Assembly: GCA_035536395.1 (NCBI GenBank)
Contig: DATLOE010000006.1
Span: 6,899-70,898, forward strand
Source of the DNA: Candidatus Dormiibacterota bacterium
GTDB taxonomy: Bacteria; Patescibacteriota; Saccharimonadia; UBA4664; DATLOE01
Direction of reading: 5' to 3'
DNA: 64,000 nt
The notes below the pieces were generated by a model. The model did no database searches. It saw nothing but the letters and a program-made list of their open reading frames with translations, and was not told the origin of the DNA. The translations under genes and the position numbers were made by a program. Positions 56,763-64,000 of this stretch are shown one piece after another (the first letter of the stretch is position 1; each line of letters opens with the position of its first letter).

Positions 56763-58794
56763 CCTTGGCTTTAATCAGTTTATTATCTGCAACCGTGAAC
56801 CATTGCTGGGTTTTGGCTTCATAAACCGCGGTAACGGCCTTACCGTAGCCTTCAAAACTGTACTGTTTTTCGAATGAAAGCGATTTATCAGATAGGCGCA
56901 TTATGCCGATTTTGGCAGTCTGACGACTGAAGACAGCCACTGTGTCCAGATTAATAACTTTAATTTCAGATATTTCTGACAGACCCTGGGGTAAGCCCTG
57001 AGCTTCATGGGTTTTCTGTCCCACCAAAAAGCGTTCCACCTTTTTGCCGCCACCGCTTATATAAATACTGCCGTCTATGGCAATGCTTGTAGCACTCTTT
57101 ATGCTTGGAAAGTCTCTTGAGCTAATCGAAGTAGAAGGTGAGGAGAAGCCGGCCAAAGTAGGTATATGTTTGTGAACGCCGGCATCATCTAAAACGTACA
57201 GACTGTTATTATAGCTGGCTATCGATCGGCCTCTTGCCCACGAACCCTGGCTGAGCTCCTTGCGTTCAAAGCGGTTGTCTTTAATCTGGTAGACCCATAC
57301 AGCAGGCTCCTCAGTTAGGATGTATATTGTGCCTCCGTCATCGGATACGGCTGAGGCCGTGATTACCCCTAGTCCTTTTGGAAGTGGCGCAGAGGTTAAC
57401 ACTTGGCTTGTAGCCGCATTGTAGACCGTAACGGCTTCTTCCTGGCCTATGACAATCAGATTACCCTCCACTGACTCTAGGAAGACTGGCATACTGTTTT
57501 TGTACTGCTTGATTACTTGCGGCTGTAGCCTGATTAATCCTTGCAGCTTGTCTATTTTTACTGCTACTTCTTCTTTGAGTTTTGTGACGCTTGCCGGATC
57601 TTGTTCCTCATGGGGTAGGGATTGCAGCTTGGCTTCAACCTGCTTAAGGGCCGGGCTTTTTGAGATGCTATCTAGTATTTTGTACGCGCTCTGTAAGTCT
57701 TGTTCAGCTGCAGCTTTATCCCGCAGCCCGAGCTTTTGCTGCCCAGAAAGAGTGAGAGTGTAAGCTTGCTGGTAGCGTTTCTGCTGTTTGCTGATTTCAC
57801 TAGCCCGCACCCATTGGTAGGTCGCCAGTGAGGCCACTAGCAGAATGGCGGCAGCGGCCATGATGACTGGCTTACGACTCTGTTTGCCTCTTATGGCCTT
57901 GCCCGCATAGTTTTGACTGCGTGCGATCGCTTTCTTTGTCAGCGGCAAAATACTCTGCCGATAAGCCGTCTGGCTCCGGGTATGGCCGTTCTTCAATACC
58001 TGGGCGGTTTTTTTAATAAAAGGCTTTAGGTTGTGTTGGGCACTTACGGCAAAAGACTCTCTGTCTTCAATGTGTAGTTCGCTTGGCTCATTGGGCAGAA
58101 CTTGCATAGCCAGGAGTTCAGGGGTAGTAACCGATGCTATTAGCCCTGAAGTGCGATTTAGGTTTGGCTGGGTTTTTAATATTTCGCCAATACGGCTTAC
58201 GGCCGTTTGGGGAGTTGAGTTGCTGGCAATGCTTCTTAACTCGGTCTGAGGAACCTTATGCATGAGGCCGGGAGTTGCAAAGACCAGCTGATCGCCGGTT
58301 TGAATTGTACCGCTGGCAACACTTTCAAAGGGTTGGCTATTATCGTTTGTTAGGCCTTCTGTCAGATCTATAGCGTGCTGTCCTCGGTACAAGTAGGCTT
58401 GAGCATTACCCATGCTCGATATTATCAGGCTGTCTTCATAGGCGACGGCGATGACAGCGTGGATCTTATCTGCCCATTCTGCCGATTGGCCGTATACTTT
58501 GGTGATGATTTCATTAAGTGCCTGTATGGTTGATTCGAAATTCGAAGTCCTATCAGGTTCACCTTCTTCGGTGGGTGGCGTGTAATAGGTTTCGCCAGCC
58601 GTTTGAATTAGAGTGTCAATTATCTCCTCCGCTTTCTTGGTGGGCCCCAGTACTTCAATTACCACGATTAGAGACCCAAGAGATTCAAGATTTTTAGGGG
58701 GCTCATAGCAGTAAGACAAGGCTGAACCGGCTGTAGGGTGCAGTCTTTTGCTTCGGGGAATGATTTTGGCAGTCTGGAGAATCAGCTTGGACAT
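56752..58794 (-). CDS. Hypothetical membrane protein: PP2C-like N-terminal domain, TM, helical region, beta-propeller-like C-terminus
   Basis: G.AQAYLYRG and SG....GD..VFATPG segments; single TM; SIAIDGSIY repeats. Confidence 0.65.
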   Translation of the reverse strand: MSKLILQTAKIIPRSKRLHPTAGSALSYCYEPPKNLESLGSLIVVIEVLGPTKKAEEIIDTLIQTAGETYYTPPTEEGEPDRTSNFESTIQALNEIITKVYGQSAEWADKIHAVIAVAYEDSLIISSMGNAQAYLYRGQHAIDLTEGLTNDNSQPFESVASGTIQTGDQLVFATPGLMHKVPQTELRSIASNSTPQTAVSRIGEILKTQPNLNRTSGLIASVTTPELLAMQVLPNEPSELHIEDRESFAVSAQHNLKPFIKKTAQVLKNGHTRSQTAYRQSILPLTKKAIARSQNYAGKAIRGKQSRKPVIMAAAAILLVASLATYQWVRASEISKQQKRYQQAYTLTLSGQQKLGLRDKAAAEQDLQSAYKILDSISKSPALKQVEAKLQSLPHEEQDPASVTKLKEEVAVKIDKLQGLIRLQPQVIKQYKNSMPVFLESVEGNLIVIGQEEAVTVYNAATSQVLTSAPLPKGLGVITASAVSDDGGTIYILTEEPAVWVYQIKDNRFERKELSQGSWARGRSIASYNNSLYVLDDAGVHKHIPTLAGFSSPSTSISSRDFPSIKSATSIAIDGSIYISGGGKKVERFLVGQKTHEAQGLPQGLSEISEIKVINLDTVAVFSRQTAKIGIMRLSDKSLSFEKQYSFEGYGKAVTAVYEAKTQQWFTVADNKLIKAKAKL

Positions 58795-58883
58795 GTATGG
58801 CCCACTTTTGGCCTATGCTAGCATTATTTTACTCCCTAAACAATCCTTATGCTTATCTGTTAATCCTGCTATACTTAACTAAT

Positions 58884-61757
58884 ATGGAGTCGACTTTGCG
58901 AAGCTTGAACCCCGAACAGCGCCGGGCCGTAGAACATCTAGACGGCCCCCTTCTGGTTATCGCTGGGGCCGGAACAGGTAAGACGGAGGTAATCACTAGC
59001 CGGATTGCTTACCTAATTAATCACCACCACATTCCAGCTAGCCAGATTATAGCACTGACGTTTACAGATAAGGCAGCCCGAGAGATGGAGGAGAGGGTAG
59101 ATACACTGCTACCCTTGGGGTTAAATTTGCCTCAGGTACAAACATTCAATTCCTTCGGTGATCAGCTGCTTAGGGAGTACGCACTCGATATGGGCCTACC
59201 AATCAGTGCCAAGCTGATGTCTAAAACACAACAATTATTGCTTTTAATAGAGCATTTTGACGATTTAGAACTAGAATATTTTGCTCCTCGTGGGAATCCC
59301 TCTGATTTGTTTATTAACCTACTCGGCTACTTTTCTACCCTTCGTAATGAGCTGATACAACCAGAAGATTACGGTAAGTACGCCGCAAAGTCTGCAGAGT
59401 CTGCCGCAGGGGAAGAGGAAAAGCTCGAAGCCGACAAACACTTGGAATTATCAAACCTGTATAAAAAATATACCCAGATCAAAAAGAAGAAGGGCTTAAT
59501 GGACTATGACGACCAGATTAACCTGGTGATTGAGCTTATGGACAAGAGGCCAAACATATCAAAAGAGATCAGGGAGCGGTATCGCTATATATTAGTAGAC
59601 GAGTTTCAGGATACTAACTACGCCCAGAATTATCTGCTTGAACTTGTAGCAGGCAAGAAAGGTAACTTAATGGTGGTTGGAGATGACGACCAAAGTATCT
59701 ATAAGTTTAGAGGCGCGGCCGTTTCAAATATCCTCAGGTTCAGCGAAACATTTCAAGATGTAGAGCGTATCGTGCTTACCCGTAACTATCGTTCAACCCA
59801 AAAAATTCTAGATGCGTCCTACCGATTGATTCAGCACAATAATCCTGATCGTCTGGAGTTTAAATATCAGATTAATAAAGTTCTAGCAGCATCTGAGACT
59901 GGAACAGAGCCCACCCTTCTGCCCCAGCCCGATTATCATGCCGAGACAGAGGCAGTAGCAGCGCTGTTGGCCAAAAGAATAGCCTCAGGCACCAAGCCGG
60001 CCGACATAGCGGTTCTGGCACGCAAGCATAAGCAGCTAGAAGCACTTGTGCCGTCTTTGCAGCGGCATAAGGTGCCATTTAGCCTGCTCGGGCCTCAGAA
60101 GCTTTACAAGCAGCCTGAGGTGGAGCTAGTGGTGCATGCTCTAAGGTATTTGTCCGATCCTCATAATTCTGAGGCTTTGTACCATCTGCTGGCCAGAGAG
60201 CCATTTAAACTCGACATCCATCAGCTCGCGGCAGCGGCAGGTGGGGCAAAGCGAATGAATATGCCGCTGCGGCAGTACCTCCAGGAGCATCACACGGGGA
60301 GTAAAGATTTCAATGCCTCGCTTACAAAGTTCTTAGCATTCTTTGATGCGTTAAGAGATTCTGCTGCCAACCGCAGCGTACTCGAGGTGGCCTATAGCTT
60401 TTTAACTGAATCTGGGTATATCAGACAGCTTGAGACCAGGGCAGACCAGGACCCCACTATACCAGCCAGGTTTAAGAATTTGGAACGCTTTCTGCAGCTA
60501 CTAACCGATTTTTCTAGTATTGCTCATGACGCCAGTTTGCAGGCGTTTGCCAGTCAGTTTGACCACTTCCGTGATTTTACTAGCGAAGAGGCTTTTCAGG
60601 AGGCCGATTATGCTTTAGACGAAGTCAGGCTACTTACGATCCACCAGTCCAAGGGCTTGGAGTTTGAGACGGTCGTACTGTTTGATTTTAACCAAACCGA
60701 CTTTCCGGGCAGCTCAAGAACAGAAAGCCTCAAGATACCAGATACCTTACTGGCAGGCGAAGTACTACCTGCGGGCAACTGGCATTTGCAGGAGGAGAGG
60801 CGCCTCGCGTATGTGGCAATGACGAGGGCCAAAAAGGAACTAGTTATGACATTTTCACCTAACCATGGCTCAAAGCGCCTTCGCCGCCCGTCTATTTTTC
60901 TTCAGGAAGCGCTAGGGGATAAAGTTGAAATACCGGAAGCCGAAACAGCCACCTTCACCCTCGATCGCTTTGCTTCTGTGGCCGATAATAAAAAACTTGT
61001 TCAAAGCCGGCTTTATGATAATAAGGGCCGCTTAAGACTGACGCCGTACCAGATAGATGATTACCTAACCTGTCCCTATAACTTTCGCTATCGGGTATTG
61101 CTGCAAGTACCACAAGGGCCGAATCCGGTTCTGATGTATGGCAATATCATCCATCAGGCTATAAACCAGTATTACGTAATGAAGCGACAAGGCAAGATAG
61201 ACGAAGCAGTGCTTTTAAAAATGATTGAAGATTTATGGGTAAGCCAGGGATTCACCACCAAACAACAGGAGGATAAGATGATCAAACAGGCTCAATCTAC
61301 TGTTAAAAAGTTCATCGTCCAGGGGAGTAAGAGCGATTTAATGCCTGTTCACAGTGAGCATCCCTTTCAGTTTGAGCTGCCGAGCCACAAACTGGTGGTA
61401 AGCGGCCGGTTCGACGCGGTGTTTCAGTACCCAGATGGGCAGGTTGAGATCCGTGATTATAAAACCGGGCAGACTGATGACGAGGCGAAGGCCGAGGACA
61501 GGGCTAAAAAAAGTATTCAGCTTGGTATATACGCTCTAGCCTGGGAGAAGATAACAGGCAAGGCACCTGATATAGTTGCCCTGGAGTTCGTCGACACTGG
61601 CACTAGAGGCACCACGCATAAGACAGCCAAGCAGTTAATGGCTATAGAAGAGAAAATTATTGCGGTATCAGAAGGAATTAGAGCTGGACGGTTCGAGCCA
61701 AAGGGCGATCATCGCTATTGCGAGCATGGGCCGGTTCAGACTGGAATGCTGCTATGA
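58884..61757 (+). CDS. UvrD/PcrA-family helicase fused to a PD-(D/E)XK nuclease
   Basis: AGAGTGKT, VDEFQD, GDDDQSIY, EERRLAYVAMTRA; C-terminal GRFDAV..IRDYKTG, QL..YAL. Confidence 0.92.
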   Translation: MESTLRSLNPEQRRAVEHLDGPLLVIAGAGTGKTEVITSRIAYLINHHHIPASQIIALTFTDKAAREMEERVDTLLPLGLNLPQVQTFNSFGDQLLREYALDMGLPISAKLMSKTQQLLLLIEHFDDLELEYFAPRGNPSDLFINLLGYFSTLRNELIQPEDYGKYAAKSAESAAGEEEKLEADKHLELSNLYKKYTQIKKKKGLMDYDDQINLVIELMDKRPNISKEIRERYRYILVDEFQDTNYAQNYLLELVAGKKGNLMVVGDDDQSIYKFRGAAVSNILRFSETFQDVERIVLTRNYRSTQKILDASYRLIQHNNPDRLEFKYQINKVLAASETGTEPTLLPQPDYHAETEAVAALLAKRIASGTKPADIAVLARKHKQLEALVPSLQRHKVPFSLLGPQKLYKQPEVELVVHALRYLSDPHNSEALYHLLAREPFKLDIHQLAAAAGGAKRMNMPLRQYLQEHHTGSKDFNASLTKFLAFFDALRDSAANRSVLEVAYSFLTESGYIRQLETRADQDPTIPARFKNLERFLQLLTDFSSIAHDASLQAFASQFDHFRDFTSEEAFQEADYALDEVRLLTIHQSKGLEFETVVLFDFNQTDFPGSSRTESLKIPDTLLAGEVLPAGNWHLQEERRLAYVAMTRAKKELVMTFSPNHGSKRLRRPSIFLQEALGDKVEIPEAETATFTLDRFASVADNKKLVQSRLYDNKGRLRLTPYQIDDYLTCPYNFRYRVLLQVPQGPNPVLMYGNIIHQAINQYYVMKRQGKIDEAVLLKMIEDLWVSQGFTTKQQEDKMIKQAQSTVKKFIVQGSKSDLMPVHSEHPFQFELPSHKLVVSGRFDAVFQYPDGQVEIRDYKTGQTDDEAKAEDRAKKSIQLGIYALAWEKITGKAPDIVALEFVDTGTRGTTHKTAKQLMAIEEKIIAVSEGIRAGRFEPKGDHRYCEHGPVQTGMLL

Positions 61758-62215
61758 GAGATGAATTATGGCTGCAGCAGCTTCTGGATGAAACCTGGGA
61801 TAAGTACTTTGCGGATGTCCCGCAAGATAATATTGTGCGGATAAAATTTGGCCGCCGGGCTCGTACTCGGCTGGGTTCAATCAGGATTCACCCCGACCAC
61901 CCGGATACTACCGAAATCACCCTTAACGGGCTGTTCAGGGATCCGGCGGTGCCCGAGTTTGTAGTACTTGCAACTCTGGTGCATGAAATGATTCATTACG
62001 CGCATGGCTTTAATTCTCCCCTGGAACAGAAGCACAGGCATCCGCACGCCGGCGGTGTGGTAAGAGCCGAGTATCGGGAGAGGGGGCTGGAGGAGCTCTA
62101 CTTAAGGCAAAAAAAATGGCTGAAAGCTAACTGGCCAGACATATTAAGAGCCAACTTCCAACCTGTAAAGCGAAGAATTGTAAAAAGAACAATACCCAAG
62201 CCGTTCTGGTTTTAA
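61754..62215 (+). CDS. SprT-like zinc metalloprotease
   Basis: RTRLGS, HEMIH..H motif, HPH.G; ATGA overlap with the helicase stop. Confidence 0.75.
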   Translation: MRDELWLQQLLDETWDKYFADVPQDNIVRIKFGRRARTRLGSIRIHPDHPDTTEITLNGLFRDPAVPEFVVLATLVHEMIHYAHGFNSPLEQKHRHPHAGGVVRAEYRERGLEELYLRQKKWLKANWPDILRANFQPVKRRIVKRTIPKPFWF

Positions 62216-62216
62216 C

Positions 62217-62293
62217 TGGTCGGGGTGACAGGACTTGAACCTGCGACCTCAGCGTCCCGAACGCTGCGCGCTAGCCAACTGCGCCACACCCCG
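62217..62293 (-). tRNA. tRNA-Pro(CGG)
   Basis: Reverse complement cloverleaf, CAGCG-TTCGGGA-CGCTG, ends ACCA. Confidence 0.95.
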
Positions 62294-62354
62294 GTGTTGA
62301 GATTATATCAGGCGGCATGTTTAAGCCCCGGCTGCTCTTACGAGCTTCCGGGGC

Positions 62355-62627
62355 TTAATCGTCCTTGTACACATGTGCCTTACTGGATTCTCCTGGATTT
62401 TTCGTCCAGTAGATATTGCCGTCTGCCAGCTTAAGCATCCACCAATCTACCTCAACCTTGGTACCTCTTGGGGTCTTTGTAATACCCAGAGAGAGCGATT
62501 CGATATTTCGGTAGACGGTTTTTGCCTGGCTGCGGCTGGCGGCTTCACACCAGCGGCTTTTTTTCTCAGAATCACCGCTGACCAGCCAGTAGGCAGTAAC
62601 GCCTGGGTTGTAGCTTCGAACAGCCAT
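62355..62627 (-). CDS. Small hypothetical protein
   Basis: 90-aa ORF overlapping the upstream gene's stop (TGATG). Confidence 0.55.
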   Translation of the reverse strand: MAVRSYNPGVTAYWLVSGDSEKKSRWCEAASRSQAKTVYRNIESLSLGITKTPRGTKVEVDWWMLKLADGNIYWTKNPGESSKAHVYKDD

Positions 62628-62884
62628 CAGATGAGCGGACCCATTGGATCGTACTCATCAGACTTCATGTTGTCTGCTCGATCGCTACCTCGCTTTCCGC
62701 TTGGGAGTTTGCGGCGCGAGCCATCCTTAACCCAACCACGCCCAGGATGGCGCTTCTTTGGGTTCATGCGATAAAGCTTGAGTTTGGTTGGCTCATCGCA
62801 GTTGGGGCAGTGGTCTGCTCCATTGAACTGCAAAGCTGATGTGCCGCAATTGGCGCATCCAGCATATGTTTCTGGGTTGGCCAT
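62627..62884 (-). CDS. Small Zn-ribbon hypothetical protein
   Basis: CANC...CPNC; AAGGAG RBS; consensus promoter upstream. Confidence 0.65.
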   Translation of the reverse strand: MANPETYAGCANCGTSALQFNGADHCPNCDEPTKLKLYRMNPKKRHPGRGWVKDGSRRKLPSGKRGSDRADNMKSDEYDPMGPLI

Positions 62885-62933
62885 TGCGGCTCCTTTTCAG
62901 CAGGTTGGTGTTCAAGGTACGATTAACATATAT

Positions 62934-62962
62934 ATTATAACCATAAAAGCTATAAATGTCAA
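62934..62962 (-). promoter_or_regulatory. Perfect-consensus sigma70 promoter
   Basis: Minus strand TTGACA-N17-TATAAT. Confidence 0.75.
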
Positions 62963-63012
62963 TGTCTGTAGCTGTGAAACAGATAAGAAATTTGGTCTGC
63001 TATGATGTTTTT

Positions 63013-63435
63013 ATGTCTGATACGCCAATAAAAGCCGTGGTTTTTGATCTATTAGGGGTGCTCATCACCAGCCAGCATCCCATGGGCCAACCGCTATTAC
63101 TTGAGCTGGCTAGCAGCTTACGCAAAGCAGGTTATAAAATCGGGATTCTCTCTAATCTCCAGCCCAGCGATCAGCTTCAGAAAGACTGCGCCCAGCTATT
63201 TGAGCAGTTCAACGTAGTAATCTTTTCTGGTGAGACGGGCCTAGTTAAACCCGACCCAGAGAGCTATATTTCTGCCGCGGAACAGTTGGGCTGCAGGCCA
63301 GAAGAGGTTCTAATGATTGACGACGCAGCAGAAAACACCGAGGGGGCAAAGAGGGCGGGGTGCCAGGCTATCTTATATCGCACAGAATCCCAATTACGGA
63401 GCGACCTTAAGGCGTCTGGACTACCCCTCGGCTAG
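63013..63435 (+). CDS. HAD-superfamily phosphatase (short, cap-less)
   Basis: VFDLLGV, LSN, KPDP, MIDD motifs. Confidence 0.85.
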   Translation: MSDTPIKAVVFDLLGVLITSQHPMGQPLLLELASSLRKAGYKIGILSNLQPSDQLQKDCAQLFEQFNVVIFSGETGLVKPDPESYISAAEQLGCRPEEVLMIDDAAENTEGAKRAGCQAILYRTESQLRSDLKASGLPLG

Positions 63436-63467
63436 CTTAATCAGGCAGTTTTTCGTACAATCTTCTT

Positions 63468-64000
63468 ATGGATACGACCTTAGTCCTCGTGATATTAATA
63501 GCCGTCATGGCAATCGGCTTTGCTGGCATAGCCCTGTTTGTTAACAGTAAGCTGGGCGGACTAAAGAACGACACAGCCCTGGGGCTGATAAAGCAAGATT
63601 TTCAGGGCATGCATGAGCGGTTAGATAAGGCCGCTACTGTTTTCGGCGGTTTACAGCAAGAGCTTGGGCGTATGCAGGAGCTGGGCCGCAGCATGCGCGA
63701 CATTCAGGATGCCCTGAAATCCCCCAAGCTAAGGGGTAATATTGGCGAGCAGATGATGGCAGAGATGCTGAGCCAGCAGATACCAAAGGGCAATTTTAAG
63801 CTGCAGCATGCTTTCCGCTCGGGAGAGAAAGTCGATGCTGTTATAAAAACCCGGAACGGCTTAATACCGATCGATTCTAAATTCCCAGCCGAGAACTTCC
63901 TTAAATACGTTCAGTCAAAGGATGAGGCAGAAAAGAAGCGCCTACATAAGGATTTCGTGGCAGATGTAAAAAAGCATATTCAGGCGATATCAACCAAGTA
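63468..64000 (+). CDS. rmuC: DNA recombination protein RmuC (runs off window end)
   Basis: Manual translation: N-terminal TM, LKSPKLRGNIGE, VDAVI, IPIDSKFP. Confidence 0.9.
   Translation, partial: MDTTLVLVILIAVMAIGFAGIALFVNSKLGGLKNDTALGLIKQDFQGMHERLDKAATVFGGLQQELGRMQELGRSMRDIQDALKSPKLRGNIGEQMMAEMLSQQIPKGNFKLQHAFRSGEKVDAVIKTRNGLIPIDSKFPAENFLKYVQSKDEAEKKRLHKDFVADVKKHIQAISTK

Noticed and set aside
62920-62945. dif-like TATAATATATATGTTAAT on the minus strand
   Set aside because: It is 3 nt too short for dif geometry and is explained by the -10 box of the consensus promoter.
1-64000. CRISPR array, IS transposase, prophage or rRNA
   Set aside because: No regularly spaced repeats, transposase motifs, virion genes or rRNA sequence were seen.

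Overview
A 64-kb stretch of an ordinary, gene-dense bacterial chromosome. Gene content and style suggest Patescibacteria/CPR, probably Saccharimonadia-like; this is an inference. It holds about 70 protein genes for translation (thrS, argS, infC-rpmI-rplT, rplY, rpmB, miaA, smpB), envelope (uppP, murT-gatD, LCP, glycosyltransferases) and DNA repair (dinB, comM-like, UvrD-nuclease, rmuC, rnhA, xerC-like). RNA genes are seven tRNAs, tmRNA, RNase P RNA and a probable 6S RNA. I found no CRISPR array, transposase or prophage. The main finding is a family of ~140-nt non-coding elements behind tRNA-Arg and tRNA-Gly (a degenerate copy may follow tRNA-Asp). Each carries an antisense copy of its own host tRNA's T-arm, then a duplicated tRNA 3' end whose T-loop is split after GTTCG by a conserved ~75-nt hairpin core. 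Other findings: a shared GTTCG-N6-GTTCG operator filling the promoter spacers of dinB and comM; an ultra-short-stem-I T-box at thrS; two unannotated promoter-driven structured RNA candidates; a mini-island at the tmRNA 3' end; an orphan Mu Gam-like gene; a miniature AroA-like ORF running antisense into tRNA-Val; and pervasive leaderless gene starts. All assignments come from reading motifs by eye; no database search was run.
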